IMG/VR virus record: IMGVR_UViG_3300021400_001287
Coordinates: 27,209-91,208 of that record
Source of the DNA: a virus
Lineage: Duplodnaviria > Caudoviricetes
Strand: one strand, 5' to 3'
DNA length: 64,000 nt
The notes below the pieces were generated by a model. That model was not told the origin of the DNA. It saw nothing but the letters and a program-made list of their open reading frames with translations, and did not search any database. A program made the translations under genes and the position numbers. This document shows positions 49,287-59,805 of this stretch, piece by piece (the first letter of the stretch is position 1; each line of letters opens with the position of its first letter).

Positions 49287-51508
49287 TGATTGCATTGGAG
49301 CAGGTGACACGGACAGCACCAAATGGGCTTACCGCCCAGATGTTGAAGGTGTCTGGGGCGACAGAAGGCGAAGGTATCCGGTTGACGTCGTAGGCTTACC
49401 CAGAAGATAAACGGATGGTTTTTTCGGTGTGGTGGGAGAGTGAGACGGCGACAACCGCAGAAGTAACGGTGTTGGGCAAAACAGACACAGCAACGGTGAC
49501 GACCGAATGGTCCCGTTATTACCTCTCCAATGACAACCCCAGCGGACTATACGTCACAATCATGCCTGGATCGTCAGCAACTATTTATCTGTACATGGCG
49601 CAGCTGGAGCTAGGCGATCGACCGAGCGACTGGCGCGTTGCTCCCGAAGACACAGATGCAGACATTAATAATGTGCAAAGCACGTTGTCTGCGTCGATCG
49701 ATGTGGTGTCGGGGCAAGTGACTGAGCAAGCGACGGCTATCAACAACTTGACCGGACGCGTCAGCACGGCGGAGGAAAAGATAACACCAGAAGCTATCGT
49801 GAACACGGTGCGGACCAGTACGGCCTATCAAGCTGATTTGGATACACTTTCTGACGCGGCGACTGCTGCTCAGTCGACTGCCGATGACGCGGCTGCTGCT
49901 GCTGCTGCGAACGGCCAACGTATTACCGAACAGCAAACACAAATTACCCAGAACGCCACGGCTATTACGCAAAAAGCGGATCAGATAGCCGTTGATAGCT
50001 TGGGCACCAGAGTGACGAACGCCGAGGCTGAGCTGACGACACAAGCGACGCAAATTGCAGCCAAGGTATCTCAGACAGATTTCAATTCACTCGAAGATCG
50101 TGTTGAGGTTGCCGAGACAGTGATCAAAGAAACTCCGGGCGGTGTAGAAGTTATCGTGAGCGGTACGACCAAACTGAAGGGCGTGACCACGACCAATGAG
50201 ACAACTGTTGAAATAACGGACAGTGAGTTTAATGTGTCGACCGAGACGATCAATTTTGCTGCCGGAGATGGCGAAACATTTAAACTCGACAATGATGGTG
50301 GCAGCATGCAACATTTGACCGTGCATGACAAGCTATTTGCACCCAATATGGCAGAAAAATACATGGGCCCCACAACGATCACTGTTGGTGCGGGTGGCAC
50401 ATATAATAGTTTACAAGCTGTCTTTGACACACTGAACAACAAAGTACTCGTCGATGAAATAGAGATATCGCTTCGTAGCGACTGTTATGAGTACGCAACA
50501 TTATGTGGTGTCTTTGGCAGTGGTACGATCCATATCACTGGCAATTACACAATTAACGGTGGACTCACGATCAATAGCTGTGGTGTGCGTATCATGTTGA
50601 GCCCAGATATAGCTTGCCCGACTGGCAGCATATCTCCGGCACTCATGATAACGTATTGCCAAAGCGTTACAGCGTCTGCTGTCACAATGCGTGGCAACGG
50701 CAGCGGTATACTTGTCTCGGTCACCGCGTCGAAATTAGCTCTGTACGGGTGTGAATTCTACAATGCGGACTATGCTATTTACGCGCAAGAGAATACGGAC
50801 TTGTGTTGCGTCGATTTGGCCGGTGACATCAACACCGCATCGTTAATGTGTTCGTTGAGCTCCATTATTTGGAGCGGCACTCGTCCCAGTGCTGGTGTTT
50901 ATGAAGTGGAGCCGTGTCTGTATAAGTGCAATGGATCCGATCCGAATGACATTGAAACCTGTCCGTCGGATAGTGGATCCGGTGGCACACAACCGTCACC
51001 GCCGTCGCAAGTGTATGAAGCATCGCTCTCCGCGACACTGACTGGATCCAACTATGGCACGTCTAGCTGGATGAGTGAACAGAGCATGCGTCAAGGTGTC
51101 TATGGTACGACGCAGTACGCCGGATGCATGTGGTTTAATACATCTACTATTTCGGGGAAAACCATCAAGAGCGCTATCTTGACACTGAAGCGTGTGTCTG
51201 GTACGGGTGGATCATCGGCGGTGAATGTGAACTTGTACACGATCACACTGACTGGAAAGAGCGGGAACCCGAAGACCAATGCGACCAGTTACGGATCCCT
51301 TGGTACCATCTCTAACGGTGAAATCCAAGACTTTTCGACCAGTGGACTTTTGTCCGCTGTACAAGCGCTGGCGGATGGCACGGCGAAGGGACTCATGATA
51401 TATGCAAATGACCCAAATCCTACCGGCAATAGACAATACAGTGCTAACTATTCTAAGTTCGATGGAACAGATGGCGTGGTTCCTGTATTAACTGTGAGTT
51501 ATCAATAA
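49286..51508 (+). CDS. Minor tail/fibre protein; TAG at 49391
   Basis: 'QLELGDRPSDWRVAPED', a coiled coil and a beta-helix-like region; ATG overlaps the upstream TGA. Confidence 0.75.
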
Positions 51509-51522
51509 GAGGGTGAATTGAG

Positions 51523-52077
51523 TTGCGAGAAGTAGCTTTCTACGGAAGACGGGCTATTCCAAACGTCTTTCAAATTGGCGTTGAAATGGACAACGGGGTC
51601 GAACAGATCCAGTTCGTTTTGCCGGCTATTATTCCGAATCAAGTTGCCACATTGTATTTGCAAAATGGCGACTATGCCGATGCCGTCATTCTGACGAACG
51701 GACTTTGGGAAGTGACGCACACAACGACTCAGCATGGCGGCGCATACGACTGTTATGTAACGCTGACGGACGGAGACACTTTGCTCTGGCATAGCGAAGA
51801 CTTCACGGCGACGGTGTACGACTTGCCAAATGTTGAAGGGCAAATTGAGCAAGAGTATCCGACCGCTGTCCAGCAAGCGATGAATGCCGCCGCGCAAGCT
51901 ATTGTTGCGAATGACAATGTGCAAGTCGCGAAGACAGAGACGCTGGCTGCAAGAGATGACGCGGTGACTGCTGCGAATGAAGCGAAGGAGATGCAAGAGC
52001 AGATCACACAGATCGAGTTTGCTATCACTAATGACATGGACCTGACCGTTAATGTTGGATGGGAGGTAAGCCCGTAA
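51523..52077 (+). CDS. BppU-like upper baseplate protein
   Basis: 'IGVEMDNGVEQIQFVLP...LWEVT...LWHSEDF'. Confidence 0.55.
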   Translation: MREVAFYGRRAIPNVFQIGVEMDNGVEQIQFVLPAIIPNQVATLYLQNGDYADAVILTNGLWEVTHTTTQHGGAYDCYVTLTDGDTLLWHSEDFTATVYDLPNVEGQIEQEYPTAVQQAMNAAAQAIVANDNVQVAKTETLAARDDAVTAANEAKEMQEQITQIEFAITNDMDLTVNVGWEVSP

Positions 52078-52316
52078 TGGAAAAGAGAGATATTCCGACC
52101 GGACGCTTTATGACACAGACTTTGGATGAGATCGACTATGTCCAGGATGGTGTCGTGTATCATGGTGTCTACACAAGCAATGTTTAGGTTGGCGACGCGA
52201 ATGAGCTGGAGCTGCTGACCGGATATGTACCGGGGACAATTGCACACACCGCGGGATGGAAGAAGATGTGGGAACTCGACACCGACGGGGAGACATGGGT
52301 CCCCATTTAGGAGTGA
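52077..52316 (+). CDS. Small tail-associated protein; TAGs at 52185 and 52308
   Basis: Absent from the ORF track; 'SNV*VGD...PGTIAHTAGWKKMWELDTDG..WVPI*E'. Confidence 0.7.
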
Positions 52317-52322
52317 TGACGA

Positions 52323-52478
52323 ATGACCGCAGAAACGATTTACGCGATGCTGGCAGGGAAACTAACTCCTATGCTGAAAGATCTGACGACTGAAGCGTTA
52401 CAGCAAGACTTGGCCGATGTCGTGTCCGGTATCACGTTTACGATCAATAACGATATGGAACTGGAGGTCGAAATATAA
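52323..52478 (+). CDS. 51-aa tail-associated protein
   Basis: Coupled by TAATG to the next gene; ends ITFTINNDMELEVEI. Confidence 0.65.
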   Translation: MTAETIYAMLAGKLTPMLKDLTTEALQQDLADVVSGITFTINNDMELEVEI

Positions 52479-54559
52479 TGGCGACTGTGAATTTGGGACG
52501 AGTCGGTTTTGTGCCGAAGGGAGAATACGTTGCGGCGACAGCGTATGAAAAGTATGACATTGTGAGCTACAATGGCAGCAATTACGTGGCGTAGGTCGCG
52601 GTGACCGGCGTGACGCCGGGAACGGATGCCACCAAGTGGAAGCTCTTCATTGATAATTCGGCTGCTGCGGCGGCGACGACCGCCGCGAACACTGCTGCGA
52701 ATGCGGCTAATACGGCGGCTACCAATGCAACGAATGCGACCGGGTATATTGCCGATCCGTATGACGCTACGAAGACCTACGCCGTTGGCGACTACGTTAT
52801 CTACAATGGCAAACTGTATCGGTGCAATACTACCATTTCTACGGCTGAAGCGTGGACGGCGATGCACTGGACGGAGACGCAGGTGGGGGATGACGTTGGA
52901 GAGTTAAAGAGCGCTTTTTTAAATAAAGAACCTATTAACTGGTTTGATAAAACGACAGCAATTAATGGTAAAAATTTTAATTATTACGGTGATTTAAGTA
53001 CAAATGGTATAATGTTTGCCGCATATGTTCCAGTTTCAGCCGGCAAATATACTTTTCAAGTGTCGTACATAGATTTAGGCGGAAACGCAACAAGAATCCA
53101 CTTGTATGATGCGAACAAAGGATATCTATCTTCGGTTAATGGAACAGTGATAGGAGGATCGACTAATTACCCCATTATTACAATCGAAATCGCTAATGAA
53201 AGTGCAAAATTTATAGGAATAAGTTATCGCCTGAATGAAATAAATAATTTTATGGTTGTCAAAGGCGAAACGTATCCTGAAATATATTCCGAATATTTTG
53301 ATCCATTTTCGGAACTACACAATGTTACTGTGCGCCCGGAGGATGTTATCGGTTTAACTGATACATGTAAAATTGTAAACAATTTGCATGAAACTGTAAA
53401 TGATATTCTTGTATCATATTTGAACATTTTTAATCGAGCAAATATAAACACTCCCGGTTATTTGAATGGTGGAAACATTGTTGGCACATCAGGTGTTACA
53501 TATGATTACATTGAAATAACTCACTATGGTGAATATATTTCTAATTGCGTTGCAAAAACATTATATGGAAATGCGTATAATAACTGCGTTGCATTTTATA
53601 ATGCTGAAAAAACATATCTTCGTAATGCGGCAATAACAATAATCTCAGATAATGGGAATAATTCTGTCGGTACATTTAAAATTGAAAATGATGTAAAATA
53701 TATAAGAGTTACCATTTATTCTACAAACGTTGCTAATACGGCAATGATTGTATTTGGTACAACATTGCCTGATTACTATATTGATAATGGAGAAACAAAC
53801 GTTTCTACTGTTGACTTCATCGAATCAATTAAAGGGAATGTTCTTTTTGGCAAAACCGCTATTTTTGATGGTGATTCCATATGTGCGAGCAGTACGGACG
53901 TTAGTGGCAATGGAGCTTATGCGGGTAGAATTTCAGTTGCAAACGCCATGATTATCCATAACTATGCTGTTGGCGGTGGAACAATCACCAGTGAAACCTA
54001 TTCCGGATCTACTCCTAAACATTGGATAGTTGATAGCATTGATAGTGTATATAATGCTCACCCGGATGCTGATTATATTATACTTGAGGGTGGAACGAAT
54101 GATGCCGATGTTATCGGAAGCATCATTAATGGGAATACACCTGAACGGTTTGGCAGTTATAGCATGACCGATTTTTCTGGTGATTATGATGACGAAACGT
54201 TCTGCGGTGCAGTTGAATTGCTGATTTACAAGGCAATCAATTATTGGCCATCTAAGAAAATCGGTTTTGTTATTGCCATGAAAATGGGAAAAACGAGCAA
54301 CGGATATACGCCGGAAACTAACAACCGGAGGGCGTACTTTGAAACCATCATGGATATCTGCGATAAATGGGGTATCCCGTACCTGAATCTCTGGGATAAC
54401 TGTTACATGAATCCGAGCCTTGATGTGTGCTATGACAGCACGATGAGACCTCAAGAGAACGTTGCAGCTAATAAAATGTATCAAGATGGTCAGCATCCTG
54501 CCCCGAGGGGCTATGACTATATCGCACCGATAATCGGTGAGTGGATGAAAACGCTGTAA
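52478..54559 (+). CDS. Receptor-binding/tail fibre protein with a C-terminal SGNH hydrolase; TAG at 52592
   Basis: N-terminal 'NLGRV...YDIVSYNGSNYVA*' and CBM5/12-like 'YAVGDYVIYNGKLYRC'; SGNH blocks GDSI, GG, GGTND and DGQHP. Confidence 0.85.
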
Positions 54560-54755
54560 TGTAAAGGACACTTTAACTCTCTATCCCACCCATTGATAGG
54601 TGCAACAGCGGGAGAGAACTTGCTTCTCTCCCGTGATACTATTTTGACATTTAACAGACCGTTGCGAACGGTGCAAAAATGTTAATGACTTCTTGATAGT
54701 GTCGATGCTACATCTCCGTTTACAATAATGGCAACTACATACGGAGGTGTTTTCA

Positions 54756-55742
54756 ATGAGTATTGCGGCGAAGAGCACATTCATCAAGAACCTCTCCCAG
54801 AAGTTGGGCGACACGTTGACTGTCAATGAAATGTCCGCGTTGACTTCTGCATTGGCAGAAGAACTCAGTCAATTCGAGATGGAGCATAATTGCAATGACA
54901 AGCCGGACGTTGAAACTGGTGAATTGCTGGACGAGTTTCTGGCAGCGAAAGAAGTTGAAGGTAAGTCGCCGAAAACAATTGCTCACTACAAGTACATTCT
55001 GACCCGTATGTTCAAAGATATCGACCTTCCGATCCGCGATATCATGATATTCAGTCTGCGTCGATATCTTGCAAAACTCAAACAGCAAGGTATGCAGGAT
55101 GTCACAGTCGAAGGGATCCGTTCTATTATCTGCTCGTTCTTTGGGTGGGTGCATCGCGAGAATCTGATCGACATTAACCCTGCTGGGAATCTTGGGCCTA
55201 TCCGTTGCGAGAAAAAAGTTAAGAAGCCCCTGAGTAGTGTCGACATCGAGACGCTGAAAGAAAACTGTACGACAATTCGCGATAGAGCAATAGTGAGTTT
55301 GCTCCTGTCGACTGGATGCCGCATCAGTGAGATATGCGGGCTCAATCGGGACAGCATTGACTTCGCCAATTTGGAATGTGTCGTACTTGGGAAGGGAAAC
55401 AAGCAACGCACTGTGTTCATTGACGAAGTGACGGCGATGTTGGTGAAGCGATATTTGTTCTCGAGAGAAGATCAGTATGAAGCGCTATTCGTTGGCAAAG
55501 GTAGTAGCCGGCTCACTCCGGGCGGCATCCGGTTGATGCTCAACAAAGTAGCCAATGTTGCCGGTGTAGATCATGTTCATCCGCATCGCTTCCGGAGGAC
55601 ATTGGCAACGAATTTGGTCGACCACGGCATGCCGATCCAGGAAGTGGCAAACATTTTAGGGCACGACAAATTGGAGACGACCATGAAATATGTGTACGTG
55701 AACAAGACGAATGTTAAGAACGATTATCGAAAATATGCATAG
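54756..55742 (+). CDS. Tyrosine recombinase (XerD-like) next to the tail fibre
   Basis: 'TGCRISE', 'GKGNKQR', 'HPHRFRRT', 'LGH', 'TMKY'; ends at a TAG, with a TAA six codons later. Confidence 0.92.
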   Translation: MSIAAKSTFIKNLSQKLGDTLTVNEMSALTSALAEELSQFEMEHNCNDKPDVETGELLDEFLAAKEVEGKSPKTIAHYKYILTRMFKDIDLPIRDIMIFSLRRYLAKLKQQGMQDVTVEGIRSIICSFFGWVHRENLIDINPAGNLGPIRCEKKVKKPLSSVDIETLKENCTTIRDRAIVSLLLSTGCRISEICGLNRDSIDFANLECVVLGKGNKQRTVFIDEVTAMLVKRYLFSREDQYEALFVGKGSSRLTPGGIRLMLNKVANVAGVDHVHPHRFRRTLATNLVDHGMPIQEVANILGHDKLETTMKYVYVNKTNVKNDYRKYA

Positions 55743-55749
55743 GAGGATA

Positions 55750-56769
55750 ATGATGGATAAGATATTTACCTCCATTGACTATTGCGTCTGGCTGGAAGAC
55801 CAAGTTGCGGCCAAACGGCCGTATTGGTATGGTACGACTTTTCAGCCGTGTACGCAAGCGTAGTTGGACCGTAAGGCCAGACAGTATCCAGACCATTATA
55901 CCGCTAACAGAATGTATCGTTACGAAGCTGATATTCGGAACGAACAAATTTGCGGCGACTGTGTGGGCGGTGCTATCAAAGGTGCCGCGTGGACTGACCT
56001 AGGGCAGCACAAAGTCGTCTACGCGTCGAATGGTGTGCCAGATCGAAGTGCTGATGGTATGTTCAAGTATTGCAAATCCATTGGGGCTGAGTACGGCAAC
56101 ATTTCGACTATACCGGATCGACCAGGCATTGCTGTCAGAATGGCCGGGCACGTAGGTGTCTATGTTGGCAATGGCTACGTGGTTGAATGGCGGGGCTTTA
56201 AGTACGGTTGCGTAAAAACATAGCTCGAAGGTCGCGGGTGGACAGACTGGTATGAGTTGCCATGGGTCAATTATGGCGAAGCAGAGATCGAGCCCAACAA
56301 CGATGTGAAAGCAATTCTTGGCCGTCGACTACTGAAGGTGGGGCGCAAAGGTGACGATGTTGCTCTGCTTCAAGAGCTGCTCAATGAGCAAGGATTCGAT
56401 GCTGGTATCGTCGATGGGGAGTACGGTAAAAATACTCGCGACGCGGTGAGACGTCTCCAAGAAGCCGCTGGTATTGACGTAGATGGGCAATTCGGCGAAG
56501 AGAGCTTGAAGGCGCTGATGTCGTTGCTGGCAGAAAAGAATGTGGAAGACAATGTGACAACGGACGAAGAGAAACGGGTCGTCATCGTAACGGCGAGCCA
56601 TGCTGCGAATATCCGTGCCGGTGCGGGGACGAATTACCCCATTCTGACTGTGGCAAAATGTGGAACAAAGTTGCCATACGTTGCTGTAGCGGACAACGGC
56701 TGGTTTGCTGTTCAACTTGACGGGCAAATCGGCTGGATCAGCAATAAAATGGCGGAGCTGGGGGAATGA
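55750..56769 (+). CDS. Endolysin (NlpC/P60-like catalytic domain, PG-binding domain, SH3b); TAGs at 55861 and 56221
   Basis: 'PYWYG...DCVG...GHVGVYVGNG', 'GDDVALLQELL...DGEYGKNT', 'NIRAGAGTNY...GWIS'. Confidence 0.9.
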
Positions 56770-56772
56770 CGT

Positions 56773-57084
56773 ATGACGTAGTATCAATGGCTGTGTTTAT
56801 TCGGGATCCCAACGTTGCTGACCGCGTAGGTCAGCTACTTGATCAAACGCGTAAGAGATACAGCCAAAGAGACGAACGCAATTGCTGCTGGCGTTCAAGC
56901 ATTGCTACGGGCTCAGTTGCGAAAAGAATATGAAAGATGCTATAAGCAAGGATACGCGACGCTGAATGATCGTGACGACTTTGAAAACTGTTGGACGCAG
57001 TACCATGCGCTTGGCGCAAATGGTGTCATGGACGATGTTCGCAAAAAGTTTTTTGACTTACCGATAGGGGGCGAAGAACAATGA
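56773..57084 (+). CDS. Lysis-cassette membrane protein; TAGs at 56779 and 56827
   Basis: MT*YQWLCLFGIPTLLTA*VSYLIKR...GVQALLR...YHALGANGVMD. Confidence 0.8.
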
Positions 57085-57335
57085 TCAATTGGAAAGTACG
57101 TTTGCGGAATAAGCAGTTCTGGGTTTCTCTGATCCCAGCCATGCTGTTGCTCATCCAGTCGGTGGCATGGTTGTTTGGATATCAGCTGGATCTTGGTGAG
57201 CTGGGTAACCGACTGTAGACCGTCGTAGATGCTTTGTTCGCTGTGCTGGTGATCCTCGGCATTGTGGTCGACCCAACGACCGAAGGTGTGGGCGACTCTC
57301 AGAGAGCGCTGACCTACGAAAACCCGTCAAGATAA
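57081..57335 (+). CDS. Holin, phiLC3 family; TAG at 57216
   Basis: Absent from the ORF track; MINWKVRLRNKQFW...LGNRL*TVVDALFAVLVILGIVVDPTTEGVGDS. Confidence 0.92.
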
Positions 57336-57345
57336 AGTAAAATTA

Positions 57346-57377
57346 CCCCGTCATTTTCGACGGGGTTTATTTTTTTT
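57346..57377 (+). terminator. Intrinsic terminator ending the late operon
   Basis: ACCCCGTC-attttc-GACGGGGT followed by TTATTTTTTTT. Confidence 0.85.
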
Positions 57378-57533
57378 GCCAAAAAATAAAAAAAGACCCG
57401 GCAGTGACGCCGAGTCTGATAGTATACGCTGGTAACACACGGCGCACTCCTTTCTGTTCAGAATTTGTGCAAAGATCAGAGGATTTAACAAGAAAAATGT
57501 GGCGATTGTTCGTGGATTTTTGAGCAGTTCGTC

Positions 57534-57611
57534 TTGACAATACCATCTAGCTGTTGTACAATACAACTCATGGAGCGGTATCGAAGTGGTCATAACGGCC
57601 CTGACTCGAAA
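57534..57611 (+). other. attP: promoter plus 5' half of tRNA-Ser(CGA)
   Basis: TTGACA-17-TACAAT, then GGAGCGGTATCGAAGTGGTCATAACGGCCCTGACTCGAAA; tRNA similarity stops at the anticodon loop; ~120 bp from the integrase 3' end. Confidence 0.8.
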
Positions 57612-57732
57612 GTAGAACAGGGCTGTTATTAATGATGCAGATCTTGGAGAGTTTGACATAAAAGTCAGGCTCTCTTTTGTTTGATATTGTTATTGTCAAG
57701 TTGGCAGAACTCACAAAATTCGTTGTGTAATA

Positions 57733-58893
57733 TTACGTCAATTGTGCAGAAGTTGCTCCAGTTACAGCTTGGAATTTAGCTCCAGCTTCTAGAATGTTTT
57801 CGACCTTGGTATGTGTGTAAGTATTTAGTGTAACTGATATATCTGCATGCCCTAGAATAGTCTGGATTGTCTTTGGATCTACGCCAGCATTATTGAGCAT
57901 CGTAGCATATGTATGCCTGAATATGTGGCAACTAGCTCCATGTAGATCAATATTCGATCCGATATGTGTCCATATCGCTAGGAAGGCACTTCTTGTAAGA
58001 GGGGCGCTACCTCCAAATATAAAACCAGACTCTTCAAATGGAGCGAGATATTTAAGCAACCTCGGATCTAGTGGTATAGACCGAAAACCCTTCTTCGACT
58101 TTGGCGTACCAACAATAGGGCTGTTATCTGGGTAGGTGACATTGCGATTGACGTGGATAACGTTTTCATGCAGATCGATGTCCTCCCACTTCAAGCCGGC
58201 AACTTCACCTCGACGCATCCCAGTAAAGCAAAAGAGCGCTAACATACGGCGATCATTAACACGTTCCAATATCGGAATGGAATTAATGATAGCTTCAAAG
58301 TCTTGTTGATCGAGAGCGTCGCGTTCTTTGACTTCGTCCGACGGATATTTTAAGAGCTTCTTATCGACTGGATTCTTTTCGAGCAATTCATCACGTATTG
58401 CCAGATGAAACATCTGGTCTAATATAATGATAGACTTGCGTAACGTTGACTTTGCCGTATCTGCGTGATTGTTTAGAAACTCTTGGATATCCGTAAGATG
58501 AATGTCTTGGACTATTGCATCTCCGAATGTGGGGTAGAGGAGCTTATCGAGCTGGTAACGATAGTCTCGTTTTGACATTTCTTTCAATCCGCTCTTGTAA
58601 GTCGTAAACCATTTCTCACCAAGCTCCTTGAAGTTAGTCTGCTTTTTCGGTGCTGTCGTTGCGAAATTCATGAACTCAGCAATACGCCCCGACTCAACGT
58701 AGGCTCTCACGATCGCGTCGTTCAATTCATCGTGTGTCTTGCCTTGGACCCACCGATAGGATCCGTCTAGCATCTTAACTCGTTGTCTGTGTAACATAGC
58801 TCCTTCGCGCTGTGTGTTACCTATGTAACTATCAAGGTACGTAAAAATGTTGCCGAACGAATCAGACAATATCTCTCTTACCTCATTATACAC
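57733..58893 (-). CDS. int: Tyrosine integrase
   Basis: 'TGMRRGE', 'TPKS', 'HIFRHTYAT', 'LGH', 'NTYTH'; no TAG; the start may lie downstream (MLHRQRVK). Confidence 0.93.
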   Translation of the reverse strand: MYNEVREILSDSFGNIFTYLDSYIGNTQREGAMLHRQRVKMLDGSYRWVQGKTHDELNDAIVRAYVESGRIAEFMNFATTAPKKQTNFKELGEKWFTTYKSGLKEMSKRDYRYQLDKLLYPTFGDAIVQDIHLTDIQEFLNNHADTAKSTLRKSIIILDQMFHLAIRDELLEKNPVDKKLLKYPSDEVKERDALDQQDFEAIINSIPILERVNDRRMLALFCFTGMRRGEVAGLKWEDIDLHENVIHVNRNVTYPDNSPIVGTPKSKKGFRSIPLDPRLLKYLAPFEESGFIFGGSAPLTRSAFLAIWTHIGSNIDLHGASCHIFRHTYATMLNNAGVDPKTIQTILGHADISVTLNTYTHTKVENILEAGAKFQAVTGATSAQLT

Positions 58894-58909
58894 GTTAGCG
58901 CCGTTTTCG

Positions 58910-59536
58910 TCAAGTATCTATACATTTCGCATATTGCTTCATCTCCTGAGTCAATGCTTTTTCTATCGGCCATTTCAGTATGTAGATTCTTTTCTTTAAC
59001 GCTCTTTGAGGTATACCGGTAATGGCCGACCATTCTCGTAGCGTATGTGTTTCACCGTTGTACTCATATCTTGGCGTATTGGTTTGGTTGCTGTTTTGCT
59101 CAGAATACGTTGCCCATCTGCAATTCTCTGGGCAATAATTGCCGTTGACATCAACACGATCGATTGTCAAATTGTCACAATAGCCATGAGATAGAGCCCA
59201 TTGTTTGAATGATAGGTAGTCTGCCCATTCCTCGCAAACAGTAATGCCACGTCCACCGTAACGGCTATACGCATGATTGTTCGGTGAAGAACATCTGTTT
59301 TTCATATCAGCCCAGATTTGATAAAGCCGATGGTATTTGCCTTTCTTTGAATCACCGTGAGTGATAAAGCACCCGCACGAATGAGAGTGACCGTTCACCA
59401 AATTGTACACACGCACTTCTTTTGTCGTGCCACAATCGCACTGGCATATAGCATATTCACCACGACGGTTTTGTCTCTTAGGAGCAATATCCTATACTGT
59501 CCATTTAGAAAAGCGCTGTCCAATAATATCGCTCAT
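58910..59536 (-). CDS. HNH homing endonuclease; TAG at 59492-59494
   Basis: GAGGAGG RBS; MSDIIGQRFSKWTV*D...CQCDCG...SCGC...YGGRGITVCEEW...TIDRVDVNGNYCPENCRW. Confidence 0.88.
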
Positions 59537-59805
59537 CCAATCGCCTCCTCGATCATCTCTAGTTTCCTGCGTGACGAATGAATTGTGTCTTGCACTTATC
59601 GTCGCACATCGGTACAACAGTATCCTTCAAAACTATAGTTTCTCTTCGCCCCGCAAGGGGGCTTATTTTTTTACCCGTTCGGGGGCAATATCGCTTTTTC
59701 TTGATATATTATGCCAGATCGGGTATGATATATTCAACCGGCATCGCAACAGCCTTTGTCACCCGTCCTTGGCCCAACTCCAAATAAGTTCCGGGAGGTG
59801 ATATA

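Noticed and set aside
52478-55742. Diversity-generating retroelement or multi-cassette shufflon at the tail fibre
   Set aside because: No reverse transcriptase or TR/VR pair, and only one cassette with two sites was found.
23048-57335. Late genes as pseudogenes of a decayed prophage, or sequencing errors
   Set aside because: Every interruption is TAG, frames are preserved, there are no frameshifts or TAA/TGA breaks, and a cognate CUA tRNA is present.
57572-57611. Functional tRNA-Ser gene
   Set aside because: Only the 5' half is present; there is no 3' anticodon stem, T arm or acceptor 3' strand.
21759-59536. Genetic code 15 (TAG=Gln)
   Set aside because: Most informative contexts are hydrophobic or Leu positions, including membrane segments, and the tRNA lacks Gln identity features. 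A few sites are ambiguous, so alignment is still needed.
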